A stretch of DNA of 64,000 nt from assembly GCA_040380025.1 (NCBI GenBank), contig JBEIJY010000001.1, positions 32,001 through 96,000 on the forward strand, in the 5' to 3' direction. A program made the position numbers and the translations under genes. The notes below the pieces were generated by a model that was not told the origin of the DNA, made no database searches, and worked only from the letters and a program-made list of their open reading frames with translations. Positions 1-9,611 of the stretch are shown here, in pieces. Positions within the stretch are counted from its first letter, which is position 1. The number at the start of each line of letters is the position of its first letter. The stretch comes from Bdellovibrionales bacterium. GTDB lineage: Bacteria; Bdellovibrionota; UBA1018; CAIMNF01.

Positions 1-1255
1 GATTCCGCTCGAAGCCGAGGCGTTGCTAGCAGAAGTGAGTCCGAAGCCCGCGATCGTGATCTCGGGCCCCCCGAAACCGGAACTCCCGGCGAACGAAATC
101 GCACAATCCCTCCGGATGCAGTTTCCTGACCTTCCCCTGTTTCTTTGCTGCACGACCAAAGAGGGCTTCGAGCGAAAAACCCTGATCAAAAACGGCTTCA
201 CCGATGCGTTTTTGCTTCCGATGGATCTCTCGAGCCTGAGAGGCGCCTTGAATCAGGCCCTGGCACAGGCAAGCGAAGGACAAATCCGCGTGTACCGCCC
301 GGTCAAAATCATCGACCTGGAGCCCGGCGCGGAGCTCGGATTCGAGACGAGCATTTTTCTTCCGGCGAACAAAAAATATGTGAAACTGAGCGCCGCGGGC
401 GATTCACTCGAAGCCGACCGGATCGAGAAGATCAAAAAAAGCAAATTCAACACGATCCAGGTCCCGGCCGAGCAGATGACCGAATTCTACACGTACTCGG
501 CAAAACGCCTTCGCGACATGGGCGGTGGCGGAGGAGCACTGAGCGCGACCGAACGCCGCGAGAAGCTCTCAGGTGCGGTACGGGACCTGATCAGCGGACT
601 CTTCAGCGAACAAACCGCCTCGTTCGAGGAGGGCCAGGCCCTCATGAAGGACTGCGGCGAAATCGTGAAGACCTACATCCTCGAGGGGCCCGACTCGGAG
701 TGGTACGCCCGGATCCAGACAGTCCTTGGCGAAATGGGCGACGGGTACTCCCACACCGGAAACACCTCCACTCTGGCCGCCCTCTTTGCAATGGGACTCG
801 GCATCGGAAAACCCGAGGATCTCGCCCTTGCTGGGCTTCTGCATGACATCGGAGTCGCGGAACTCCCGGCCGAGATCCAGCTTCTCGAACCCGAACAAAT
901 GACACCCGCGCAGCTCGATCAATACAAGAAACACCCAGAACTCTCCGTGAATCTGATCAAATCAAGGAAGCTCATCGTGCCCGATCCGGTCACGAAGGCG
1001 ATCCTCCAGCACCACGAGCTCTTCAATGGTTCGGGCTATCCGGACGGGCTGTTCGGCGATCGGATCTCAAAAGAAGCGCAAATCCTGGCCCTTGCCGACC
1101 GGTTTGATTACCTGACCCGGGTCAAAGAAGGCCAGCCCCTGATGACACCGGCCCAAGCCGTCGAGCACCTTCGATCGCTTCAGGCGAATGATCCGTCGCG
1201 GATTCATTACGATCCCGAGCTTCTGAAAAAGTTACTCGCACTTTTTCCTGCCTGA
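1..1255 (+). CDS. HD-GYP domain protein (cyclic-di-GMP phosphodiesterase-like) with a receiver-like N-terminal region; 5' end lies outside the window
   Basis: Frame is open from position 2. Motifs GLLHDIG, KKHP, HHELFNGSGYPDGL and ADRFD. Confidence 0.85.
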   Translation, partial: IPLEAEALLAEVSPKPAIVISGPPKPELPANEIAQSLRMQFPDLPLFLCCTTKEGFERKTLIKNGFTDAFLLPMDLSSLRGALNQALAQASEGQIRVYRPVKIIDLEPGAELGFETSIFLPANKKYVKLSAAGDSLEADRIEKIKKSKFNTIQVPAEQMTEFYTYSAKRLRDMGGGGGALSATERREKLSGAVRDLISGLFSEQTASFEEGQALMKDCGEIVKTYILEGPDSEWYARIQTVLGEMGDGYSHTGNTSTLAALFAMGLGIGKPEDLALAGLLHDIGVAELPAEIQLLEPEQMTPAQLDQYKKHPELSVNLIKSRKLIVPDPVTKAILQHHELFNGSGYPDGLFGDRISKEAQILALADRFDYLTRVKEGQPLMTPAQAVEHLRSLQANDPSRIHYDPELLKKLLALFPA

Positions 1256-1264
1256 GAATTCCCC

Positions 1265-3076
1265 TCAACGCCGGAAGGGCTTTTTCGGAAGATCATTCCA
1301 CTCTTCCATGCGGGCCAGAATCCCGTCCACGGGGAGGGTTTCGGAGTCTTTCGCGCCGTAGCTCCGGACTGCAAACAAGCCGTCGGCAACTTCACGATCG
1401 CCGGCCACAAGCATGAGCGGAATCTTCGCGATTTGTGCCTCGCGGGTTTTCAGTCCCATTTTTTCGTTCCGGGAATCGATCTCGTACCGAATGCCCCGGG
1501 CGCGGAGTTTTTTCCCCATCTCCTCGCAGTATGGAAGATGCGCATCCGTGATCGGAATGAGGCGGCACTGCACGGGCGCAAGCCAGAACGGGAAAGCCCC
1601 CGCCACGTGTTCGATGTACACGCCCAAAAACCGCTCGAGCGAGCCCAAAACGGCCTTATGGATCACCACCGGCCGGTGGGCCGCATTGTCGGCACCGATG
1701 AAGGAGCAGTCAAAGTTCTCCGGGAGCATGAAGTCGAGCTGGACCGTCGCAAGCTGCCACTTGCGCTTCAGGGCATCTTTGACCTTGATGTCGATCTTCG
1801 GCCCGTAAAACGCGCCGCCGCCGGCATCAATCGCATATTTGCGTCCAGTTCCATCGAGAATCGTCTTGAGCGAGGCTTCGGCGCGATCCCATACTTCATC
1901 CGCGCCCATTCTTTGCTCGGGTCTCGTCGACAAAAAGAGCTCGAGATCGGCAATGTCAAAGCCGAACAGGGTGTAGGTTTTCACGACCATGTCCATGATC
2001 TTCCCGATCTCGGCTTCGACCTGATCGAGGGTGCAATACACGTGGGCATCATCCTGGCAAAAGGTGCGAACGCGCGTGAGCCCCGCCGTTACTCCCGAAA
2101 GCTCGTTCCGGTGGAGTCTTCCGAAATCCGCCAGCCGGAGCGGAAGATCGCGATACGAGCGTTTGTGCGCCGAGAAAATATAAGTCGAAGCCGGGCAATT
2201 CATGGGCTTCACGGCATGTTCGCGGCCATCACCCTTCCCCGCCACACCCTCTTGCACGATGTACATGTTGTCTTTGTAGTGTTCGTAGTGGCCGGATTTC
2301 TTCCAGAGCTCGGTATCGAACACCTGCGGAGTGATCACCTCGTCGTACTCATAGTACTGATACATGTCGCGCACGTATTGGATCAGCCGGTTGTACACGA
2401 TGGCGCCCTTCGGATGAAAAAACGGGCTTGCCGGAGCGATCGCATGGAAGGCGAACAGATCGAGTTCTTTTCCGAGCTTCCGGTGATCGCGCCGCTTCGC
2501 CTCTTCGAGCAGATTCAAATGCTCGTCGAGTTCGACCTGGGTCAGGAATGCCGTCCCGTAGATGCGCTGGAGCATCGGATTCTTCTCGCTCCCCCTCCAA
2601 TACGCCCCCGCAAGCGACATCAGCCGAAAGGCCTTGATCTTCGACGCCCGTTCCAGGTGCGGGCCGCGACAAAGATCGACAAAATCGCCCTCGGTGTAGG
2701 TGCTGACCGAAGTCGCACCGAACTGGCTCCGGAGGGTCTCGATGATCTCGACCTTGTAGGGCTGGTTCATCGAACGAAACTTCTCGATCGCCTCGTCGAC
2801 GGAATGCTCGGCACGCACGAACTTCTCGCCCGCGCCGATGATCCGGTGCATTTCTTTTTCGATCTTTTTCAGGTCATCCGTGGTGAGCTTCACCGGAAGA
2901 TCCACGTCGTAATAAAAGCCATCCTCGACCGTGGGCCCGATTCCGAACTTCGCCTCGGGCCAGAGCTTCCGGATCGCATGGGCCATCACGTGAGCGCAAG
3001 AATGCCTCAAGGTCTCCAGCTCGTTCAACTCGGTCGGTTCGGTGATCTCGTTCAATGCCACATCTTTTTCACTCAT
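1265..3076 (-). CDS. thrS: Threonine--tRNA ligase (short form without the N-terminal TGS domain)
   Basis: LRHSCAH and DLCRGPH editing motifs, RDHRKLG, KPMNCP, GAFYGPKID. ATG at 3076 with AAGGAG upstream. Confidence 0.97.
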   Translation of the reverse strand: MSEKDVALNEITEPTELNELETLRHSCAHVMAHAIRKLWPEAKFGIGPTVEDGFYYDVDLPVKLTTDDLKKIEKEMHRIIGAGEKFVRAEHSVDEAIEKFRSMNQPYKVEIIETLRSQFGATSVSTYTEGDFVDLCRGPHLERASKIKAFRLMSLAGAYWRGSEKNPMLQRIYGTAFLTQVELDEHLNLLEEAKRRDHRKLGKELDLFAFHAIAPASPFFHPKGAIVYNRLIQYVRDMYQYYEYDEVITPQVFDTELWKKSGHYEHYKDNMYIVQEGVAGKGDGREHAVKPMNCPASTYIFSAHKRSYRDLPLRLADFGRLHRNELSGVTAGLTRVRTFCQDDAHVYCTLDQVEAEIGKIMDMVVKTYTLFGFDIADLELFLSTRPEQRMGADEVWDRAEASLKTILDGTGRKYAIDAGGGAFYGPKIDIKVKDALKRKWQLATVQLDFMLPENFDCSFIGADNAAHRPVVIHKAVLGSLERFLGVYIEHVAGAFPFWLAPVQCRLIPITDAHLPYCEEMGKKLRARGIRYEIDSRNEKMGLKTREAQIAKIPLMLVAGDREVADGLFAVRSYGAKDSETLPVDGILARMEEWNDLPKKPFRR

Positions 3077-4745
3077 AAAACAGCTCCTTTGCCAGGTACG
3101 TGCCATAGGGTTGGATCCATCGCGGCGATTTGATGCGCGAATGGATTGCGGCCAGTACAAAATCCCGTTCAAATAAAAAGACATACGGAAGATCCTGATT
3201 CAGAAGATCGCCGATCTCCCGCAAGATCGCCTCGCGCTTCGGATGATTGAATTCCAAATTCGCTTTTTCGATCAGGGCATCCACCTTCGGATTCGCATAC
3301 CCCGTGAAATTCGACCCGCCCTTGCTCGAGGAAGAATGCCAGAGTTGTTTGGGATCCGGCCGGACGTCCCCGCCCGACCACCCCATGAGGGCCAGATCGA
3401 ATTCCTTCCGCTCCAGATCCTGAAACAGGGCCGAACCTTCCAGTGCCCGAAGCTCGAGGTCCACGCCGTTCTTACGGAAGGACTCCTTCAGGATTTGCGC
3501 GGTCCGGGACTGTGCGGGAAGTGCGCCCGCAAATCGAAACGTAAAGCGCGCCGGGATCTTTTTTCCGTTCACGGTTTTGACAAAAAACGGATTTCCGGGC
3601 TCCTGCACAAAACCATCCTCAAGAAGCAGCTTCCGGGCGGTCTTCGGGTCGAACTTCCGCCAGCGAGCGGGATCCTTCAGTTCTTTCGAAACAAGCTTCG
3701 AGGAGGTACCGAAGGGAGAAACACACCGGCTCGCCGTCCCCATGAAGCCCTTCAGGATGACCTCGTCGTAATCCACGAGGAGTGCCAGCGCCTCTCGGGT
3801 TTTCTTCGAAGCAAGAAGCGGATGCGCGAGGTTCATCGCGATTCCGGCCCACGAGAGGGGGCGCGAGGTACGAAACGCATCCGCCCAGACTTTTTTTCCG
3901 GAATCGGGAGAGGTGCCGAATTTGTCGCGATCCACCCCCTTCACCTGATTCACATACTGTTCCGAATTGAGCGGAGCCGAATCGAGTTGTCCTTGGATGA
4001 GCTTCTCATACCGGAGTGCGCCGTCCGGAATGATCCGGTACACGACTGTGTCAAAATTCGCGGTCGGGCGGAACCACGGAAGATCCACCCCCCACCATGT
4101 CTTGTTCCGCTCAAGCGTAATCATCTGGTCCCGGGAATGGCTCTTCAGAAGGTACGCCGAGTTCCCGACCGGCTTCATGCCCTCCTTCGAGGTATTGATA
4201 TCGGCTTCGTTTTGAAACTGCTTTTTTTGGACAGGGACAAAATCGCCGATCTGAAGAAGCGAATTATACCGAGGATTCTCGATGCGAAAGACGAATCTGG
4301 CCGGGTCGATCTTCCGGAACGTGAATCCTTCCAAGGCACCGCGAACAACCGCCGCATTTGTTTTCGGGTCCATGATCTTCTGGAACGTGAACTCGATGTC
4401 ATCGCTCGTCACCGGAGTCTGATCGGACCATCGCGCCTTCGGATTCAACTCGAATGCGTATTCTTTTTTGTCCTTCGACACCTTAACTCCGGTCGCGAGT
4501 GCGGGCATGAGTTCCCAGGTGCCGGGATCGATCGCAAGGAGGGGCAGATAAAACTGTCCCGCGAGTTCGTTTGAAATCGTGTCAGTGGCGAGAAACGGAA
4601 CAAAAGTCACGGGTGAGCCGATGATCGAATCGGTGTACACGCCTTTCTTCGGCACCGCCGGAAACTGCTCGTACGAGAACTTCGCCCAGGCCGGGAGGGC
4701 AAGGAGGAATGAAAACGGAATCAGCAGGAATTGCGCGGATTTCAT
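3069..4745 (-). CDS. ABC transporter peptide/oligopeptide-binding protein (family 5 SBP)
   Basis: Signal peptide MKSAQFLLIPFSFLLALPAWA; PALA..., WSDQTPVTSDDIEFTF, NFTGYANPKVDALIE. Overlaps the thrS start by 8 nt. Confidence 0.88.
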   Translation of the reverse strand: MKSAQFLLIPFSFLLALPAWAKFSYEQFPAVPKKGVYTDSIIGSPVTFVPFLATDTISNELAGQFYLPLLAIDPGTWELMPALATGVKVSKDKKEYAFELNPKARWSDQTPVTSDDIEFTFQKIMDPKTNAAVVRGALEGFTFRKIDPARFVFRIENPRYNSLLQIGDFVPVQKKQFQNEADINTSKEGMKPVGNSAYLLKSHSRDQMITLERNKTWWGVDLPWFRPTANFDTVVYRIIPDGALRYEKLIQGQLDSAPLNSEQYVNQVKGVDRDKFGTSPDSGKKVWADAFRTSRPLSWAGIAMNLAHPLLASKKTREALALLVDYDEVILKGFMGTASRCVSPFGTSSKLVSKELKDPARWRKFDPKTARKLLLEDGFVQEPGNPFFVKTVNGKKIPARFTFRFAGALPAQSRTAQILKESFRKNGVDLELRALEGSALFQDLERKEFDLALMGWSGGDVRPDPKQLWHSSSSKGGSNFTGYANPKVDALIEKANLEFNHPKREAILREIGDLLNQDLPYVFLFERDFVLAAIHSRIKSPRWIQPYGTYLAKELFYE

Positions 4746-4751
4746 GGCCTG

Positions 4752-4781
4752 ATTAAATCCGAGTCGCGGCTTTCTTGTCAA
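4752..4781 (-). promoter_or_regulatory. Sigma70-type promoter, likely leaderless transcript of the SBP gene
   Basis: TTGACA-N18-TTTAAT ending 6 nt before the ATG at 4745; no Shine-Dalgarno. Confidence 0.6.
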
Positions 4782-5647
4782 AATGTATCGCGATCCAACC
4801 GCAGAAGACTCCACTCCCGCTCCACCGCCCAGGGCTCGAGCTTTTCGCCCTGTTTCGCGAAGGTGATCCTTCGTGCTTCTTCGGTGGACCAGGTCACGCG
4901 GGTCGGATCCAAGATGACCTCGCTCTGGCCTGGAGCAAAGCGCTCAAGCCAGTCCCAGGCAAGCTCCATATCAGGGGTCGAATAGCGGATCCCCTCCTGC
5001 TCGTCTTTCGCCCAAGATTTTCCGGCAAAAAGAACTCGCACAATTCCGACTTTCTTTCCGGTCAGGGGACCACCCACGAGTTCCCTCGGAGCGACCACCG
5101 AGCGGATCCACTCGGAAGGCGTCGCCTTCCGTCCGAGCGCAAGATTCAAAAAATGCGCCCCCATCTCGGCACATCCCGCGCCCTCGCCCTTCAAGATGCG
5201 ATGTCCGCCTCCGTAATGGCGGTGACTGCCATGCAGAATCCACTCATTCAGCTCATCGAACAAAAGATGCGCACGCTCCGGGGTGAGATCCACCCGCAGG
5301 GATTTCAGCCGCCCTCTGCTCCGCGCGTCCTTCAGCTTCCTCAGCGCAGGGATTCCCTCGTCCAATTTGCCCGGAAAATCATGAAAAAACGCCCCGAGTC
5401 CGACCCGCTCCGAGATCACCTTCAGCGTCGAAAGATTCGGACTCCGGCGCGACATGCCCGTAAGGATGTGGCTTGCGCCGTTCTTCCAGGGCGTTTCGGA
5501 CTTCAATTCGATGTAAAAATGCCCGATCGGAGCGGAGTCGCGGATGAGATGGTGCCAAAGCGTATCCTGGAGAAGCCTCGAGGGACTCTCCCAGCCGAGC
5601 GGACGGGGCGGAGGAATCACATGAAGCTTGAACCAGGTTCCGCTCAT
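4778..5647 (-). CDS. Hypothetical protein, possible circularly permuted papain-like (His-before-Cys) enzyme
   Basis: ATGA overlap with the prmA stop; motifs IGHFYIEL and GEGAGCAE. Confidence 0.7.
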   Translation of the reverse strand: MSGTWFKLHVIPPPRPLGWESPSRLLQDTLWHHLIRDSAPIGHFYIELKSETPWKNGASHILTGMSRRSPNLSTLKVISERVGLGAFFHDFPGKLDEGIPALRKLKDARSRGRLKSLRVDLTPERAHLLFDELNEWILHGSHRHYGGGHRILKGEGAGCAEMGAHFLNLALGRKATPSEWIRSVVAPRELVGGPLTGKKVGIVRVLFAGKSWAKDEQEGIRYSTPDMELAWDWLERFAPGQSEVILDPTRVTWSTEEARRITFAKQGEKLEPWAVEREWSLLRLDRDTF

Positions 5648-6666
5648 GGCGCGCTTCTTTCGAGCTTGAGCGCGCGCCACTCATTCTTCTCGAGCCGGGT
5701 GATCCGGAAAGGCGCACCGCCTTCCTGATACGCGGCAATGACCGGCTCAAGATCGCTTTCGATCAAACCGGACAACACCAGCGTCGCGCCGGGAGCAAGA
5801 CACCTTTTGATCTCTTCCGAGAACCGGATCAGAATCGGACGAAGGATGTTCGCCACGAGCACATCGACCGTTCCGGTTTTGAGTTCCCCCGGAATCATTT
5901 CGTGGAATCGGATTCGATTTTCCACCGAATTCAGAAGCGCGTTCTCGCGGGCATTGTCGTTCGCAAGCGGATCGACCTCCACGCACACCACTGATGCGCC
6001 CTGCAAGGCCGCCGCAATGCCGAGGATCCCCGAGCCCGAGCCGAAATCCAGAACCGTCTTGCCACTCAAATCGCCCGTCTCCGAGAGAATCCGCAGACAC
6101 AGCTGGGTGGTCTCATGGGTTCCGGTCCCGAACCCGGCACCGGGATTGATCGCAATGATTCCCTTGGTGGAGCCGGACTCGCAGGCGCGCTGCCACTCCT
6201 CGCTCCACGGCGGGAGCACCTTCAGACGCGGGCCGACCTCGATGCCGGTGAACGCCGCCTTCCAGGTCGCATTCCAATCCTGCTCTTCGACCGGAATCAC
6301 CTGCGGAGCCGGCTGAAGCCGGTACTCCGAAGAAAGCCAGTCGCGCGCGCGGACTGCCGAAGCTTCATCGGCAAAATACGCCAGCATCGTCAAGGAGCGC
6401 TCCTGCGAGATCCAGTCGCGCTCATGCGGGGCCACGCCTTCGTCCAGCACCCACGACTCGGTCTCGTAACCGCGCTCGTGGGCCTCTTCGGCCAGAAGAA
6501 CCCCCTCGGTCAGGCCGAAAAACGAGGGATTTCCATCCGGATCCACCAGATCACCGCAAAAATCATTGAACCGCGCCACCGCATCCTCGCGGGAGTGGGA
6601 CGCATCCCCCCCGCCTTTCGCAAGGATCACTTGCGATGCAAGCTCGAACGACAGGGCTTGCATCAT
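5644..6666 (-). CDS. prmA: Ribosomal protein L11 methyltransferase
   Basis: DWNATWK, INPGAGFGTGTHETTQLCL, VLDFGSGSGILGI, LVANIL, LVLSGLI. Confidence 0.93.
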   Translation of the reverse strand: MMQALSFELASQVILAKGGGDASHSREDAVARFNDFCGDLVDPDGNPSFFGLTEGVLLAEEAHERGYETESWVLDEGVAPHERDWISQERSLTMLAYFADEASAVRARDWLSSEYRLQPAPQVIPVEEQDWNATWKAAFTGIEVGPRLKVLPPWSEEWQRACESGSTKGIIAINPGAGFGTGTHETTQLCLRILSETGDLSGKTVLDFGSGSGILGIAAALQGASVVCVEVDPLANDNARENALLNSVENRIRFHEMIPGELKTGTVDVLVANILRPILIRFSEEIKRCLAPGATLVLSGLIESDLEPVIAAYQEGGAPFRITRLEKNEWRALKLERSAP

Positions 6667-9611
6667 GACTCGGAACCGTCTCCGGAGCGGTTTCCGGAAT
6701 CATGATCCGGCACCACCACATTGTCCGACGATTCCGGACGAGGACGCGCGTCCATGAGCTGGGGAGCGCGATTTCCGTTCGGCTGGGGACGGTATCGACC
6801 ACCGCCGCCACCTCTTTGATTTTGATTCTGATTCCGGTTCTGCTGGCCGTGTTGGTGCCGGTTGCGCCCCTGGTGCTGATGGCGCCCGTTCCGGCCACCG
6901 CCCTGGTTTTGCTGGTTCTTCTGCTGTTGACCGCCGCCACGGCCCCCTTGGCGGTGGGCCGAAAGCGAGGATCCCGCCGGAGTTCCCATTCCTGCGATCG
7001 CAGCATCCTGCGCCGCTTGCGCCCTCATGTACGCGAGCTGATCCTCGTCATCCATCTCGCTGAAGTCCTCGATGGACTCCGGAGCCGAAGGGACAGCGGG
7101 AATCGCGGCCGCGATTTTCGAGAAATCGGGCTGACGATCCTCCTCCTCCACCACGGGCTTCCGTGGAGCCTGATCGGTCGCAGGGCGGGGCGCGGCAATG
7201 AACGATCCCGCAGGCCGAACCTTCGGTGCCTCGGGCACCACCGGTGCATCGGAGTTCCGTGAATCAGCATTCCGTGCATCAGCGCTCCGGGCTTCTGCAT
7301 TGCGTCCGCCGTGCCTCTCGGCATGACGCTCGCTATGTCGATCTGCGTGTCGATCTGCATGTCGATCCCCGTTCCGGTCCTGGCGTTGCTGTCTGCCGCG
7401 ATCCTTGCGCTCGCTCCGCTCGGAGCGTTCGCGCTCGACCCGAAGCTGGCGGGCGAGATCGACGTTCTGCTTCTTACCCTGCATCCGGTCGGTCACGACC
7501 TCGAATTGTTCGCCATGGAAATCCATGACCGCTTGCAGGTACACGGATTTGTTGTAGCGGCGCTCGCTCTGATCGAGCGCATCGCGGAGCTCGATGGCGA
7601 GCACGTTGATCACCGCTTCATGAGCCGAAACAAGGATCTTCTTCGCTTCGCGATCGACGCTCAGCCGTTCGATCTCGCGAAGGATCTCGTAGGCCACGGT
7701 CGAATGGGTCTTCGTGTATCCGCGCCCCTCACAATGGGAACAAGGCTCGCAGAGACTCCGCACAAGAGTGTCGCGCGTACGCTTCCGGGTCATTTCGACC
7801 AGACCGAGCTCCGAGATCTTCTGGATGGTCGGGCGTGCCCGGTCTTTCTTCAACGCCTCGTCGAGCGCGCGATAAACCCGCATCTTGTTTTCATCGCGTT
7901 CCATATCAATGAAATCGACAATGATGATCCCGCCACAGTTCCGGAGCCGCAGCTGGTAGGCGATTTCCTCGGCGGCCTCGAGATTGGTCTTCAGGATCGT
8001 GTCTTCCAGATTCTTCTTTCCGACGAAGCGACCGGTGTTCACATCGACCGCAACCAGTGCTTCTGCCTGGTCGATCACGATGTATCCGCCGCTTTTCAGC
8101 CACACCTTCCGCTCCATCGAACGATGAAGCTCGCTCGAAAGCCCGTAGGCATCGAAGATCGGGATATCGCCCTGATACAGCTCGATTTTCTCGATCAGGG
8201 TCGGCATGAACCGCTCGGCGAATCCCATCAACTCATTGTAGTGATACCGGGTATCGACCACGATGCGGTCGATGTCCTCGTTCACCCAATCCCGGATTGC
8301 GCGGAGAATCGAGGTGAGGTCCTCGTACACGAGCGCCGGAGCCTGGGCTTCCTCGGCTTTCGTGCGAATCCCGGTCCAGAGTTTCGAAAGATAATCGATG
8401 TCCTGCTTGATCCACGATTCAGGATCCTTCCCGCCGCTCGCGGTCCGGACAATGAACCCCATCTTCCGCGGACGGTTGCGCTCGACGAAATCCCGGAGAC
8501 GTCTCCGTTCGTCGTCGCGCTCGATCCGGCGGCTCACGCCCACATGATCGATCGAGGGCATGCACACCAGGTGACGGCCCGGAAGACTCACATGACAGGT
8601 CAGACGCGCGCCTTTGGTCGCGATCGGGTCCTTGGCCACCTGAACGATGACTTCCTGGCCTTCTTTCAGCAAATCAGCAATATTGGCCTGAGCCCTCGGA
8701 CGGATGGATTTCGCCTTGATCCGGCGGTCGCGGCCCCGCTGCTCGCGGAATTCCGGACGCGCACGTTTTCCCTTGGGGGATCCGCCCTGGATTCCACCCG
8801 TTTCGCCGGCCACGGCGGCACGGTCGCTTTCGACCGATCCGCTGTCATTCAAACTTTCATTCACGGCCTGCGGAATCAGACTCGGATCTTCATGGGATTC
8901 CCCGCCCGCGAACTGATGCCGGGGCTCTCCGCCGCGACGGCGGCGGCGATTGCGGTTTCTTCCGCGCCGGCCCCGTTTCTGGTCTTGAAGGCCCTGAAGA
9001 CTAGCATTCTCTTCTGCCGATCCGGCAGGAGCTCCGGACTCGGATGAATCCGATTGAACCGCGAGCTCTTCTTGTCCGTTCCCGTCCACCAGTTCGGAGT
9101 CGTCAGACTCGTCCGCATCCTCGGACTGTGTGGATTCGTCCGAAGGCTCCTCCGACTCATCCGACTCATCCGACTCATCCAACTCATCCAAATCATCCGA
9201 TTCGTCCGATTCCTCCGACTCATCTGATTCTTCGAATTCTCCTGCATCGTCTCCCGCTTCGGATGCTTCGGGCTCGGACTGAAACTCCGCAGGAGCGTCC
9301 GAAAGCGACTCTGATTCTGGTTCCATTGCGGAATCAGCGGAATCATCCGAAGAAAACTCGTTTTCTTCGCCCATGACTTGCGGGTGCACGTAAATGTCGT
9401 CGACATAAAGGAAGGCGGCCTTGTCGAGGCCCACGTCCACAAATGCGGCCTGCATTCCGGGGAGAACCCGGGTCACACGCCCTTTGTAGATGTTTCCTAC
9501 GATTCCTTTTTCGCTGTCCCGCTCGATGAGCAGTTCTTGAATTTGTCCGTCGTCCATGAGTGCGATCCGCACTTCTGGAAGAGTTGCATTGATGATGAGT
9601 TCTTTTGCCAT
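6663..9611 (-). CDS. rne: Ribonuclease E/G family protein with a large S1 insertion and a disordered C-terminus
   Basis: GNIYKGRVTRVLPGMQAAFVD, VQVAKDPIATKGARLT, VDVNTG, IIVDFIDM, GLVEMTRKR, CSHCEGRG. Confidence 0.95.
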   Translation of the reverse strand: MAKELIINATLPEVRIALMDDGQIQELLIERDSEKGIVGNIYKGRVTRVLPGMQAAFVDVGLDKAAFLYVDDIYVHPQVMGEENEFSSDDSADSAMEPESESLSDAPAEFQSEPEASEAGDDAGEFEESDESEESDESDDLDELDESDESDESEEPSDESTQSEDADESDDSELVDGNGQEELAVQSDSSESGAPAGSAEENASLQGLQDQKRGRRGRNRNRRRRRGGEPRHQFAGGESHEDPSLIPQAVNESLNDSGSVESDRAAVAGETGGIQGGSPKGKRARPEFREQRGRDRRIKAKSIRPRAQANIADLLKEGQEVIVQVAKDPIATKGARLTCHVSLPGRHLVCMPSIDHVGVSRRIERDDERRRLRDFVERNRPRKMGFIVRTASGGKDPESWIKQDIDYLSKLWTGIRTKAEEAQAPALVYEDLTSILRAIRDWVNEDIDRIVVDTRYHYNELMGFAERFMPTLIEKIELYQGDIPIFDAYGLSSELHRSMERKVWLKSGGYIVIDQAEALVAVDVNTGRFVGKKNLEDTILKTNLEAAEEIAYQLRLRNCGGIIIVDFIDMERDENKMRVYRALDEALKKDRARPTIQKISELGLVEMTRKRTRDTLVRSLCEPCSHCEGRGYTKTHSTVAYEILREIERLSVDREAKKILVSAHEAVINVLAIELRDALDQSERRYNKSVYLQAVMDFHGEQFEVVTDRMQGKKQNVDLARQLRVERERSERSERKDRGRQQRQDRNGDRHADRHADRHSERHAERHGGRNAEARSADARNADSRNSDAPVVPEAPKVRPAGSFIAAPRPATDQAPRKPVVEEEDRQPDFSKIAAAIPAVPSAPESIEDFSEMDDEDQLAYMRAQAAQDAAIAGMGTPAGSSLSAHRQGGRGGGQQQKNQQNQGGGRNGRHQHQGRNRHQHGQQNRNQNQNQRGGGGGRYRPQPNGNRAPQLMDARPRPESSDNVVVPDHDSGNRSGDGSES
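7310..7370 (-). repeat. Degenerate 12-bp coding repeat (DRHA/DRHA/DRHS/ERHA) in the rne C-terminus
   Basis: tgtcgatctgcg-like units; protein reads GDRHADRHADRHSERHAERH. Confidence 0.7.
9151..9230 (-). repeat. Degenerate 9-bp tandem coding repeat (DES/EES) in the rne S1 insertion
   Basis: tccgactca three times followed by degenerate copies. Confidence 0.75.

Noticed and set aside
1433..3133. 566-aa plus-strand ORF, and similar long ORFs at 3243-4574, 7311-9047, 11099-13237, 18062-19441, 33721-35088, 40061-42064 and 58653-60065
   Set aside because: Antisense shadows of well-supported genes, expected with GC-rich codon bias; they show no recognisable motifs.
3077..3184. Upstream extension of thrS or a T-box leader
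   Set aside because: The region is the 3' end of the SBP gene; an RBS supports ATG 3076; no T-box sequence seen.
9151..9230. Tandem repeat as a possible CRISPR array
   Set aside because: 9-bp in-frame units without spacers inside rne; no cas genes in the window.
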